This document shows positions 39,273 through 48,442 of a stretch of 58,669 bases of DNA, in pieces. This DNA is from Acidimicrobiia bacterium. Lineage in GTDB: Bacteria; Actinomycetota; Acidimicrobiia; Spongiisociales; UBA5794. Position 1 is the stretch's first letter. Every line of letters starts with the position of its first letter. The stretch is taken from assembly GCA_030064765.1 (NCBI GenBank), contig JASJEG010000001.1, positions 1-58,669 on the forward strand, given 5' to 3'. A model generated the notes under the pieces. It did no database searches. It was not told where the DNA came from and saw nothing but the letters and a program-made list of their open reading frames with translations. The translations under genes were made by a program, and so were the position numbers.

Positions 39273-40130
39273 ATGAGCGCAAACACCTACCCCGAGTCGG
39301 ACGTACTCACCGTGGAGCAGCGGGGCCATGTAGCCATCGTGTGGCTCGATCGGCCCGAGAAACGCAACGCCATGGCGCCCGGCTTCTGGACGGACTTCCC
39401 GACAGTCATGGACGTACTGGGCACAGCTGCCGACGTCCGAGTCATCGTGATTGCCGCCAAGGGGCCGTCATTCACAGTGGGGCTCGACCTGATGGCTTTC
39501 GGGCCGGCAATCATGACGGGAGACATCGCCGCCATCCACGGTGAGACCTCTTCCTCCGAGGCCGCGAAGCGCATCAACACTTACCATCAGATCAAGCTCA
39601 TGCAACGCACCTTCAGTGCCGTTGCGGACAATCCCAAGCCGGTCATCGCTGCCATCCATGGACATTGCATCGGAGCCGGTGTCGACTTGACCACTGCGTG
39701 CGACATCAGACTCGCTGCATCAGACGCCGTCTTCTCGGTGCGGGAAACCCGGCTCGCCATGGTCGCCGACGTCGGAACACTGCAGCGGCTGCCCGCGATC
39801 ATCGATCCTGGCCGGCTGGCGGAGCTGGTCTACACGGGACGCGATTGGGATGCGGCCGAGGCATTGGAGATGGGCTTCGTCACTGCGGTGCACGACGATG
39901 CAGAGAAGACCCTCGAGGCGGCTCTGGACTTGGCCGACGCCATCGCAGCCAACTCCCCGTTGGCGGTTCAGGGCAGCAAGGTCGTCCTCAACGCGACGCG
40001 CCGGCGCGACGTGGAGGAGAACCTCGACCACGTTGCCTTGTGGAACGCTGCGTTCCTCTACTCGGATGACCTCGTCGAATCCATCCAGGCGTTTGTCGAG
40101 AAACGTCCGCCCGAGTACGAGGGCAAGTAG
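39273..40130 (+). CDS. Enoyl-CoA hydratase/isomerase (crotonase) family protein
   Basis: VAIVWLDRPEKRNAM...IAAIHGHCIGAGVDLTTACDIRLA. Confidence 0.9.
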   Translation: MSANTYPESDVLTVEQRGHVAIVWLDRPEKRNAMAPGFWTDFPTVMDVLGTAADVRVIVIAAKGPSFTVGLDLMAFGPAIMTGDIAAIHGETSSSEAAKRINTYHQIKLMQRTFSAVADNPKPVIAAIHGHCIGAGVDLTTACDIRLAASDAVFSVRETRLAMVADVGTLQRLPAIIDPGRLAELVYTGRDWDAAEALEMGFVTAVHDDAEKTLEAALDLADAIAANSPLAVQGSKVVLNATRRRDVEENLDHVALWNAAFLYSDDLVESIQAFVEKRPPEYEGK

Positions 40131-40134
40131 GCCC

Positions 40135-40974
40135 TTGCGAGTTGCCCGGTTCAACGGCGAGTACAACGCCATAGCTCCGCTCTATGACCAAACTCCCGCT
40201 CAACTCGCAAGGCGCGATGCCGAATCCCCAGAACGGCCGCAACGCTGGGTCGCAGTAGACGGTGGGGTGGTCGTTGCGTCGGCACTACTGCGGGAACGAC
40301 CCGACACCCGAGTCTTTGTCAGCTATGCAGGGGAACCTGCGGCAGCGGGACCACTGAGTGCGAGTATCCAAGCAGCCTGCCGATGCGACATCTACACCAG
40401 CGTCGACGATGGCGTACCCGAGCTGCGTGCTGTCTTGCTGGCCGCCGGTTTCACTACAGCATTGACGAGCGAGAGGTTCGAGATTGCCTTCGCCGCGGCC
40501 TTGAGCAGGTTGCGGCACACGCCAATCCCTCCGGGATTCACGGTCATCAAGGCGCACGACGCAGACCCAGATCGACTATTCCATCTCGACAACGCCGTGC
40601 GCAACAGAGTCCCCGGTACCGACGGGTGGCAAGGCAACCGGGCCTGGTTTGCCATTGAACTGGACGACCCGGCCGCCTACCTCGTAGCCGTCGATGGCAG
40701 CAGCGACGTCTACGCCGGCTTGGCACGCATCTGGCGGAATCCGTCTGGTCCTCGGTTCGGCCTGGTGGGGACAAGGGAGGAGTATCGGCGTGCGCGCATC
40801 GGGCCTCCTCTGATTCGACTGGTACTGGAAGAAGCAGTGCAGTGGGGCCATCCGACGTTCGAGGCAGAGACCGCGATGACCAATCGATACCTTCATCACC
40901 GATTGCAGCGCATCGCAGCCCGCAGCCTCGGCCGCAGGGAGCAACTCGTGCGTAGACGACCCGCCGCCGCGTAG
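40135..40974 (+). CDS. GNAT family N-acetyltransferase
   Basis: Coding-like only after the echA-like stop. GNAT motif A-like VGTREEYRRARIGPPLIRLVLEEA. The TTG start at 40135 is tentative. Confidence 0.55.
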   Translation: MRVARFNGEYNAIAPLYDQTPAQLARRDAESPERPQRWVAVDGGVVVASALLRERPDTRVFVSYAGEPAAAGPLSASIQAACRCDIYTSVDDGVPELRAVLLAAGFTTALTSERFEIAFAAALSRLRHTPIPPGFTVIKAHDADPDRLFHLDNAVRNRVPGTDGWQGNRAWFAIELDDPAAYLVAVDGSSDVYAGLARIWRNPSGPRFGLVGTREEYRRARIGPPLIRLVLEEAVQWGHPTFEAETAMTNRYLHHRLQRIAARSLGRREQLVRRRPAAA

Positions 40975-40984
40975 GCTCACCGAC

Positions 40985-41347
40985 ATGGGCAACCTGGACC
41001 GCATTGAAGACATCATTGGCACCCTCCCAGAGGCGGAGCGGGTCGATATCGAGGAGTGGGGCGGCCACCCCAGCTTCCGAGTCCGTGGCAAGAACTTCGT
41101 CTTCTGCAACCTGGAGGGGACATCGCTGTCGCTCAAGCTGTCCCAAGACGAGGCCCAGGCCGTAGTTGCCACCGATCCGACAACACAGCCCGCCGGCTAT
41201 GGGCTGGGACGCCACGGCTGGATCAGCTTCACACTCGCCGGCGATGCCGATGAGCACCGCTGGGAGATCGTCGAGGAGTGGATCCTCACCTCGTACTGTT
41301 TGCTGGCACCAAAGACTCTTGCCGAGCAAGTCCTCCGCAACGGCTAG
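40985..41347 (+). CDS. MmcQ/YjbR family protein
   Basis: WGGHPSFRVRGKNFVF...GYGLGRHGWISFTL pattern. Confidence 0.75.
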   Translation: MGNLDRIEDIIGTLPEAERVDIEEWGGHPSFRVRGKNFVFCNLEGTSLSLKLSQDEAQAVVATDPTTQPAGYGLGRHGWISFTLAGDADEHRWEIVEEWILTSYCLLAPKTLAEQVLRNG

Positions 41348-42192
41348 CGACTCAACCAGGTATCGAGCCAACGGGTGACGATCGGCATCAAGAAGAACGA
41401 CAGAACCGCAACTCCGAGCACATTGGCAACGAGCACGGCCGTGACCATGTTCATGTCGGGAGCAACCCGAGAACGCACCGCGGTGATCACGAGCGAGGTG
41501 GGGTAAAGCGCCAGCAAGACGGCCACCGCTTGCTTCCACCGCTTGGGTCCTTGCGGAAGGCTTGGTGCGGCAGGGAACCAACCGCCAAATCCCCCAACCA
41601 CATTCATCGTGCGCTCCCCTTCGATGAGACGAGTCGCGCTGTCGAGCCACTCGCGCCTGGAGTCAGACTGGAGCCATCGATCCAGATCAGAACGAGAAGC
41701 GAAAGACGCAACTATGACGTGCTCCTCTTGCACACCGTCAACCGGAGGGAAGAAGTCCGACCCCAGAAAGCCGGGGAAGGCGTGCATCCGGTCGGCCACA
41801 TCTTCATACAGCACGGTGAAAGCCTGATAGCTGTCACGGTCGATCGCCTGGGAGAAGACCACCGTCACCGGTTCGGGCGCGGTCCGCAACGCGGCCACGT
41901 GCTGTTCCCGGACGTCCGGCTCGATGAGATGGGCTCCGGCAGCGGCGATCTCACGCCGTTCATCGGAAGCAAGCCAAGAGTCGAGTTCAGCCGCAGTCGC
42001 GAATGAATAGACGGTGACCCACTCCCCGGGGTGGGCGGCAGCCGGTGGCTGCAATTCGCTGCTCAGGTACCCTGGGAAACTGCCTGCGGCACGCTGAATC
42101 CGCTCGTGCCAGGATCGGTACTCGTCCTCGCGGCCGGGCAGCACCCGGCGGGCGACAATGACCGTTGGGCCGGAAGCTTCCTGGTTGGGCAT
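41344..42192 (-). CDS. Two ABM (antibiotic-biosynthesis-monooxygenase-like) domains plus a C-terminal membrane anchor
   Basis: Two ferredoxin-like repeats (...FPGYLSSELQPP...WVTVYSFATAAELDSWL / ...FPGFLGSDFFPP...HVIVASFASRSDLDRWL), then TM helices. The start is either 42192 (MPNQEAS) or 42291. Confidence 0.65.
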   Translation of the reverse strand: MPNQEASGPTVIVARRVLPGREDEYRSWHERIQRAAGSFPGYLSSELQPPAAAHPGEWVTVYSFATAAELDSWLASDERREIAAAGAHLIEPDVREQHVAALRTAPEPVTVVFSQAIDRDSYQAFTVLYEDVADRMHAFPGFLGSDFFPPVDGVQEEHVIVASFASRSDLDRWLQSDSRREWLDSATRLIEGERTMNVVGGFGGWFPAAPSLPQGPKRWKQAVAVLLALYPTSLVITAVRSRVAPDMNMVTAVLVANVLGVAVLSFFLMPIVTRWLDTWLSR

Positions 42193-42494
42193 GGTGAACT
42201 CAGCGATCGGGATCGGTTCGGGGGGAGCCGATCGTAGCGGCGTTACGGCGGCATCCCGAGAGCCGAATCGCACGGCTGGCGGCACGCTCACCGTGCTGCG
42301 TCGGTGTGCGTGATGTGCTCAACCGACCCTCATTTGGGGACGGATGCGCACGAGCTGACTCAGCTAGGACGATCATGTGTCACAATATCGGTATGCGGAC
42401 GCAGCGACCTCTTGACAGACGCCGCCACCTCTTCGCGGCTCCGTGACGCTCCGGCGTCATATCCAGTCCGCCCATCCCCGCACAAGGAGCCCCC

Positions 42495-43766
42495 ATGTCC
42501 GATCTGATAGCACGTCAGAAGCAAGTAATCGCACCACTGTTCGAGTTTGAGACCGACGAGCCAGTAGTCGCCTCTGAGGGATCGATCGTTGTCACAGCCA
42601 GCGGTCGCCGCATCCTCGATTTCACTTGCGGAATAGCCGTATCCAACCTCGGCCACCAACACGCCCACGTCAAGCGCGCCATCCTCGAGCAGGTAGATCA
42701 AGTCTGGCATTCGGGAGCCACGTTCCGCTACGAATCGCTCGTCCGCTTCGCGGAGAATCTGCGCGAGGTAACTCCGGAGGGCATCGATTCCTTCATGACA
42801 ATGAACTCGGGAGCAGAGGCCGTCGAGGGCGCAGTCAAGCTGGCCCGGAAGACAACCGGCCGACAGGGCATCATCGTCTTTCGGGGGGGATTCCACGGCA
42901 GAACTATGGGCTCCGTCTCCTACACGACCTCGAAGGCAAAGTATCGGCAGGGGTATCACCCGCTTGTTGGCTCCGTGTTCGTTGCCCCCTACCCGTGGCC
43001 GTTCCGCTGGCAGATGGACCAGGAAGCGGCCAGCGCCCGGGCTCTCGAAGAGCTGGACTACATGTTCCAGCACGACATCACCCCCGGCGAAGTGGCCGCT
43101 TTCCTCGTCGAGCCGATGCAGGGCGAAGGGGGCTACTACCCGGGCGGCGTCACGTTCCTACAGGGCCTGCGCGACCGGGCTGATGAGCACGGCATCATGC
43201 TCATCATGGACGAGGTGCAGACGGGCTTCGGCCGCACCGGCGATTGGTTCACTTCTCAGGTCTACGGCATCCGACCCGACATCCTCGCCATGGGCAAGGG
43301 CATTGCCAATGGCCTCCCGCTGTCGGCTTTCGGCGCCTCGAAAGAGGTCATGGACGCCTGGCCGCCCGGCTCGCACGGCACGACCTTTGGAGGGAATCCA
43401 ATCGCGTGTGCAGCTGCCGCGGCCACCATCGAAGCGCTCGAGGATGTCATCCCCCAGGTGCCCAAGCTGTCCGACCATGCGTTTGACCGCTGGGTCGAGC
43501 TCCACGGCCGGTTCCAGACGATCGGTGACGTGCGCGGTCTCGGACTGATGATCGGGATCGAGCTCGTGGCAGAGGACGGGATCACACCTAACCAGGAGGC
43601 GATGGTCGCCGTGCGCAGGTATGCGCTCGACCACGATCTGCTGATCCTGCCCTGCGGTCCGGATGTAAACGTCATCCGATTCATCCCACCGCTGAACGTC
43701 TCGACCGAGGAACTCGACCGCGGCATCGACATACTGGCCGACGGGCTGGCCGCCTACGAGGGCTAG
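42495..43766 (+). CDS. Class III PLP aminotransferase (GabT/ArgD-like)
   Basis: NSGAEAVEGAVKLAR...MDEVQTGFGRTGDWF...GKGIANGLPL...THGTTFGGNP. Confidence 0.9.
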   Translation: MSDLIARQKQVIAPLFEFETDEPVVASEGSIVVTASGRRILDFTCGIAVSNLGHQHAHVKRAILEQVDQVWHSGATFRYESLVRFAENLREVTPEGIDSFMTMNSGAEAVEGAVKLARKTTGRQGIIVFRGGFHGRTMGSVSYTTSKAKYRQGYHPLVGSVFVAPYPWPFRWQMDQEAASARALEELDYMFQHDITPGEVAAFLVEPMQGEGGYYPGGVTFLQGLRDRADEHGIMLIMDEVQTGFGRTGDWFTSQVYGIRPDILAMGKGIANGLPLSAFGASKEVMDAWPPGSHGTTFGGNPIACAAAAATIEALEDVIPQVPKLSDHAFDRWVELHGRFQTIGDVRGLGLMIGIELVAEDGITPNQEAMVAVRRYALDHDLLILPCGPDVNVIRFIPPLNVSTEELDRGIDILADGLAAYEG

Positions 43767-45250
43767 CCGCGCCTGGCTCGGCGCCGGCTTTCCGGTCGGC
43801 CCGGCCCCGGGGTGAATATCCCGGCGACCCCACCGGCCACCGCTACGAAGACCAGCCAGTCGCCGAGTCGTGTGAATAGCGTTGGGCCGGCGTCACGGAA
43901 CTGCAGCTCAGCAACAATGACACGCTCCTCGAGGAGCTCGGTCTTCACCCCGACCTGCCCCTCAGCGTCGATGAAGGTCGACTTGCCCGTGATGGCCGCC
44001 AGCGCCACGTCCTGACCTATCGCAGCAGCGTTGACGCGCGCCATCTCGATCAGCTGATCCGAGGCGGGAGCGTCGGGGCCGTAGCTGCTTTCGTTGGTGG
44101 CAATGACCATGAGCTCTGAACCGGCCTGCGCTCCGTCGCGGATGTGACGGCTAAATGCACCTTCGAACGAGATCACCGAACCAAGCACCCCGTCTTGCAA
44201 CGGGAACACGACGGGCTCGGTGCCCGGAATCATGTCGCGCGGCACCTGGTCGAGCTGCGGGATGAAGCTGAACAGCCCGCGTAGCGGCACATACTCGCCG
44301 AACGGCACCGGGTGCTGCTTGTCGTAGCGGCCCACCTGGGTGCCGATCGGCGAGTAGACGATGTTCACGTTGACGAAGGACTCGGAATCCACACGGTGGG
44401 TGCCGCTCACCAACACGTAGGCGCCAAGCCGCTGTGATTCGACTTTGAGGGTCTGGTCGACGTCTTCATTGCCGATCGGATCGAATGGAGTTCCGAAGGA
44501 GTTCTCGGGCCACACCACCAGGTCGACCGTGTCCCGTTCAATCTGTCGCGAAAGCTCGAGATGGCGCTCGAAGATGCGCTGGTTCTCGTTCTGGCAGTGG
44601 ACCTGGGGACATGGAGAGCTTCCCTGGATGATCGCCACAGTCAACGACTCGCCATCGGAGCGGGCCGGAAGCAATAGACCCGCCATCGCCAGCAACAGGA
44701 CAACGACCGCAGGGTCGACCAACAAGCGCCAATTGGCTGTGTCCTCTACAACGAGGACAATGCCGGCGGCGACCGCGATGGCCAACACGGACCATCCCGC
44801 CGGGCCCACCCACTGCACCGACCCGATCAATCCCGGGTTACCGGCGGCCGCATATCCCACGGTTCCCCAGGGGAAACCGCCCCACGGGAAGTAGCTCCGC
44901 ACCAGCTCCCAAAGAGCCCAGCCTCCGACAGTGATCAACCACCAGCGCCCCGGGGGCCAGGCTCGGAAGCTCCAGACGAGCAGGCCATACGCTGCACCCA
45001 TCGTCGCCAACCACAAGGTCAGAGGAATCCACGCCACCATTCCGAGCACCGCAATCCAAGACAGCAACAATCCGAAGAAGACCGCGCTGTATGTGAAGCC
45101 GACTGCAAGCGCCGCTGCCGGACTCTCGGCGCGACGGAGCCCCCACAGGAAGGGGGCAGGCGCGACGAACGCAAGCAAGCCCACGTCAAACGGGGGAAAC
45201 GCCAGCCACATGAGCAGAGCACCGGCAACAGCAGCCGCATAGGGAACCAT
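43763..45250 (-). CDS. lnt: Apolipoprotein N-acyltransferase
   Basis: N-terminal multi-TM segment (LAFPPFDVGLLAFVA...) plus a CN-hydrolase domain (DLVVWPE...). I prefer the start at ATG 45248-45250. Confidence 0.85.
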   Translation of the reverse strand: MVPYAAAVAGALLMWLAFPPFDVGLLAFVAPAPFLWGLRRAESPAAALAVGFTYSAVFFGLLLSWIAVLGMVAWIPLTLWLATMGAAYGLLVWSFRAWPPGRWWLITVGGWALWELVRSYFPWGGFPWGTVGYAAAGNPGLIGSVQWVGPAGWSVLAIAVAAGIVLVVEDTANWRLLVDPAVVVLLLAMAGLLLPARSDGESLTVAIIQGSSPCPQVHCQNENQRIFERHLELSRQIERDTVDLVVWPENSFGTPFDPIGNEDVDQTLKVESQRLGAYVLVSGTHRVDSESFVNVNIVYSPIGTQVGRYDKQHPVPFGEYVPLRGLFSFIPQLDQVPRDMIPGTEPVVFPLQDGVLGSVISFEGAFSRHIRDGAQAGSELMVIATNESSYGPDAPASDQLIEMARVNAAAIGQDVALAAITGKSTFIDAEGQVGVKTELLEERVIVAELQFRDAGPTLFTRLGDWLVFVAVAGGVAGIFTPGPGRPESRRRARRG

Positions 45251-45378
45251 GAATCCCGGAGAGTAGCGAAGCGGCCCGTTAACGAGTCCGCGAATCGACC
45301 CGGCCCGGGGCCGGTGCGCGACGGATTCTGTGCAGCATTGCCGTCGGCAGGTCGGCGCAGAGTCGTAGGCTCTGCCAC

Positions 45379-46161
45379 ATGAACGATCTGGAACTCGCCA
45401 AAGCGGCAGCAGCCACCGGTGCGGCAATCGTACGCGACGGTTTTGGCGCTCATCGCACCACCGAGCAGAAGGGCCGGCTGGATCCGGTGACCGAAGTAGA
45501 CCGGGCGTCAGAACATGCCATCGTTGAATTGCTGACGACCCACCGGCCCGAGGATGGAATCCTGGGAGAGGAAGGAACCAACCGAACTTCGGGCGGGCGA
45601 CGCTGGATCATCGACCCGCTCGACGGCACGGTCAACTTCATCCACGGCGTCCCGCATGTGGCAGTTTCGATTGCGCTCTACGACGGCGACGAGGCGCTCG
45701 TCGGTGTCGTCCACGACCCGATGCGGGACGAAGTCTTCGCCGCCGCCAAGGGGGAGGGCGTCACCTGCAACGACAACCCTGTGAGGGTGTCCACAGTCAC
45801 CGACCTCCACCGAGCCGTGGTCGTGACAGGATTCCCGTATGACCATGACCGCTATGCCGCAGCGTACGGTCGCGTAGTCGTGGGTGTGCTCGCGGAAGTC
45901 AACGGGCTGCGCCGGCTCGGGTCGGCAGCCCTCGACTTTGCGTGGCTTGCCGCCGGCCGGTTCGACGGGTACTGGGAGTACTCGCTCGGCCCCTGGGACA
46001 TGGCAGCCGGTGCCCTGCTCGTCACGGAGGCCGGCGGGGTCGTCACCGACGTTCACGGCAAGCCGTTTGCGACGGAGGGCCGTCACTTCGTCGCCGCCAA
46101 CCTCCACCTACATGAAGCCTTGCGGTCAATAGTCGAGCCGCTGCTACCGGGTCATCTGTAG
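45379..46161 (+). CDS. Inositol monophosphatase family protein
   Basis: GEEG...WIIDPLDGTVNF...WDMAAG motifs. Confidence 0.9.
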   Translation: MNDLELAKAAAATGAAIVRDGFGAHRTTEQKGRLDPVTEVDRASEHAIVELLTTHRPEDGILGEEGTNRTSGGRRWIIDPLDGTVNFIHGVPHVAVSIALYDGDEALVGVVHDPMRDEVFAAAKGEGVTCNDNPVRVSTVTDLHRAVVVTGFPYDHDRYAAAYGRVVVGVLAEVNGLRRLGSAALDFAWLAAGRFDGYWEYSLGPWDMAAGALLVTEAGGVVTDVHGKPFATEGRHFVAANLHLHEALRSIVEPLLPGHL

Positions 46162-47729
46162 TGGCCGCCGAACTGATCAGCGCCCGCGGAATTCGGCTTC
46201 CGGATGGCGTTCCCGGAGACTCACTCGTTGTGACCGAAGGTGTGGTCACTGCCATTGGGATGCGCAACCAGCTATCCGGCTACGACACCGAAACACGATA
46301 CGAAGACGCCATCCTGATACCAGGGTTGCGGGATGCCCACATCCACCCCGTGGCCTATGCCGCGGCGCTGCGAGGAGCAACCCTTGGCACCGCAACCAGC
46401 TTTGCTGAGGTAACCGCCCGGCTGCGCACCGAAGCCGCCAAGACGCCGCCCCCGATTCCACTACTGGGCATGAGACTCAATGAGGAGGCACTGGCCGAGC
46501 GCCGACTACCCGACCGATACGTCCTCGATGCAGCTGCCGACGATCGGCCCGTGCTCGCCCATCGCTACTGCGGCCACGTCGCCATCGCCAACAGCGCAGC
46601 TTTGGCGCTGGCGGGCATTGACAACTCCACGCCGGATCCTGGCGGCGGCTCTATCGATCGAGATCCGACCGGCGAGCCCACCGGGGTGCTGCGCGAGACG
46701 GCGATCGAGCTGGTGGCAGAACGGCTGCAAGGAGCCAACACGGTCGGCCGAGTCGAGCTGCTGGGAGCACTCGAGCGGCTTGCCGCCGTCGGCATCACTT
46801 CGATTGGCGCCATGCTTCGCACCGGCGTAGGAGCCTGGGCGAGTCTCGGTAACGAAGTAGACATTGCAGTCGATGCGGCGCCGGAGATGCCGATCAAGGT
46901 TCACGCCTACGTGATCGAGGACAGTCCGGAAACGGTGGCCGCCAACAAGGCCAAGGTCGACGCGGCTGCGCCTCGCCTGACCTGGCGCGGGATCAAGCGT
47001 TTCGGCGACGGTAGCTTCGGAGGCCACACCGCAGCCATGTATGAGCCGTTTCTGGACGTCGACAGCACCGGCACACTACGGCTGACGGGGCTCGATCGGG
47101 TTATCGCCGAAGAGAGCCTGCGTCTCGGCGGGGCAGTGGCGATCCACGCCATCGGCGACCGGGCGTGTGGCGACCTCATCGACATGTATGTCGATTTGCT
47201 CGCCGCCGGCGCAGACCCGGCCAAGCTGCGCGTGGAGCACGCATCCGTGATGACCGAGCGCGACATAGTGCGGGTCGCGGAAGCCGCCGTCCGGGTCGTG
47301 GTGCAGCCGCCGTTCATGGGCTCCGAGGCGTCGTGGCTCGGCCAGCGTCTGGGCGCAGACCGCTTGGAACGGACCTACCCGTTTGCCTCGCTAGAAAGCG
47401 CTGGGGCGGTGCTAGCCGGCAGCTCCGACTGCCCGGTCGAGCCGCCCGATCCGTGGGCAGGAATGGCGCTGGCACAGGACCGAGCCGGAATGTCCCTCAG
47501 TCAAGCGGTCAGTGCAGCGAGCGCCCTCGCCATGTACACGACGGGAGCAGCGCTCGCTCTCGAAGAGCCGACTCCGTTGGCGATTGGCAGCCCCGCCGAT
47601 TTCGTGGTTGTCGATCGGGACCCGATGTTGGTGACACCGGATGAGCTTCGGGATACGGAGGTTGTTGCGACCTACGTGGATGGACAAGAGGTGAACATCG
47701 ATCGGACCCAACCGCTCTGGCTGGACTAG
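46161..47729 (+). CDS. Amidohydrolase_3 (YtcJ-like) metal-dependent hydrolase
   Basis: IPGLRDAHIHP...HAIGDRA...; about 520 aa. GTG start overlaps the preceding TAG by 1 nt. Confidence 0.8.
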   Translation: MAAELISARGIRLPDGVPGDSLVVTEGVVTAIGMRNQLSGYDTETRYEDAILIPGLRDAHIHPVAYAAALRGATLGTATSFAEVTARLRTEAAKTPPPIPLLGMRLNEEALAERRLPDRYVLDAAADDRPVLAHRYCGHVAIANSAALALAGIDNSTPDPGGGSIDRDPTGEPTGVLRETAIELVAERLQGANTVGRVELLGALERLAAVGITSIGAMLRTGVGAWASLGNEVDIAVDAAPEMPIKVHAYVIEDSPETVAANKAKVDAAAPRLTWRGIKRFGDGSFGGHTAAMYEPFLDVDSTGTLRLTGLDRVIAEESLRLGGAVAIHAIGDRACGDLIDMYVDLLAAGADPAKLRVEHASVMTERDIVRVAEAAVRVVVQPPFMGSEASWLGQRLGADRLERTYPFASLESAGAVLAGSSDCPVEPPDPWAGMALAQDRAGMSLSQAVSAASALAMYTTGAALALEEPTPLAIGSPADFVVVDRDPMLVTPDELRDTEVVATYVDGQEVNIDRTQPLWLD

Positions 47730-47756
47730 CGAGGCTGCTGATCTGTCAGCGCGGCG

Positions 47757-47954
47757 CTACCGCACGCTGGCAGCCAGCGCAGAGGCGCACGGGGAGCACC
47801 AATAGCCGTCGACTGTGAAGCGCGCATCCTCATCGACGATGTGGCCACAGAAGCCGCACCGCTGCGTGAGAAAGTCTTCGGCGATAGCAAGGAAGGGGCC
47901 GTCACTCCGAAAGAGGTCACCTACCAAGACGGCCCTACTAGTCCCGTTCTTCAT
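47757..47954 (-). CDS. Candidate small zinc-ribbon-like protein
   Basis: CGFCGH...CSPC Cys pairs and coding-like codon usage. No clear SD at the ATG, so the start is uncertain. Confidence 0.35.
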   Translation of the reverse strand: MKNGTSRAVLVGDLFRSDGPFLAIAEDFLTQRCGFCGHIVDEDARFTVDGYWCSPCASALAASVR

Positions 47955-48008
47955 GAGATGAAAGAGGTTAGTGGGGTCGGGCCCGCTATCCGAGCTTCGG
48001 TCGCGGCT

Positions 48009-48245
48009 TCAGTCGAACAACTTCCTGACCAGTGGCCCGACCTCGTCATAATCGGTGTGACGACCGGTCTGCTTCTTCGAGTAGACGAGCTCGTCGCCGA
48101 CGATCACTTCGAAAACGCCACCTCCGGACGGAATCAGCGTGAAGTCGTCGATCTTGTGCTCGAACTCTTCGAGTATCTGTCCAGCCATGCTCACGGCACG
48201 GTTGCGATACCCTCAAACAGCGCAGTACTCGATGCTCAGTTTCAT
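48009..48245 (-). CDS. SelW/Rdx-family selenoprotein (in-frame UGA = Sec at codon 11)
   Basis: Manual translation from ATG 48243-48245 (AGGA 7 nt upstream): MKLSIEYCAV-U-GYRNRAVSMAGQILEEF...LIPSGGGVFEVIVGDELVYSKKQTGR... The TGA at 48213-48215 occupies the second redox position of the family's IEYCxxC/U motif. The track lists only the 61-aa portion downstream of the TGA. Confidence 0.75.
48171..48212 (-). promoter_or_regulatory. Candidate bacterial SECIS hairpin
   Basis: mRNA: UGA-GGGUAUC-GCAA-CCGUGC-CGUGA-GCAUGG-CUGGACA-GAUACUC. The lower stem is 7 bp and the upper stem 6 bp. The 5-nt apical loop contains GU and begins 18 nt after the last base of the UGA. Confidence 0.6.
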
Positions 48246-48314
48246 GGCGTCATCCTAACCTCGGCACCCGTTTCGGCTCGGTGCAGACCTCTGAGGCCGA
48301 TCCATCCCAATTCT

Positions 48315-48364
48315 CCGTTCTTGCGTAACTGGCGGCACATATCCGCCGTGATGTACGCAAGAAC
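48315..48364 (+). repeat. Nested-hairpin intergenic repeat, copy 4 (REP-like)
   Basis: CCGTTCTTGCGTAA-CT-GGCGG-CACATAT-CCGCC-GTGATG-TACGCAAGAAC. It lies between the DUF4342 stop and the SelW-like start. Confidence 0.85.
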
Positions 48365-48442
48365 AGCAGTGACGCCCACGCGATCACCCTGGAGGAGCTC
48401 CGGATCGAGTCGTTCCTCGCGGCCGACGCCGCGACCGGGGAG

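Noticed and set aside
39850-40134. The 5' part of the 374-aa plus-strand ORF that overlaps the enoyl-CoA hydratase gene in another frame.
   Set aside because: It is coding-like only after the hydratase stop. The upstream portion is Arg/Trp-rich shadow sequence, so the gene was re-annotated as a GNAT starting near 40135.
40133-40212. A perfect 12-bp inverted repeat CCTTGCGAGTTG...CAACTCGCAAGG with a 56-nt spacer at the 5' end of the GNAT gene.
   Set aside because: A single perfect 12-mer inverted pair within 100 nt is roughly expected by chance once per window of this size. It lies within coding sequence, has no family resemblance to the GTTCTTGCG repeats, and has no terminator features.
40547-41650. 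A 367-aa minus-strand ORF.
   Set aside because: It is antisense to two recognisable plus-strand genes (GNAT and MmcQ/YjbR). Its composition is Arg/Cys/Pro-rich and no motifs are present.
45251-45427. N-terminal extension of the lnt ORF (track start 45427).
   Set aside because: The extension is Arg/Cys-rich and would overlap the divergent IMPase gene start. The hydrophobic Lnt N terminus begins at ATG 45248-45250.
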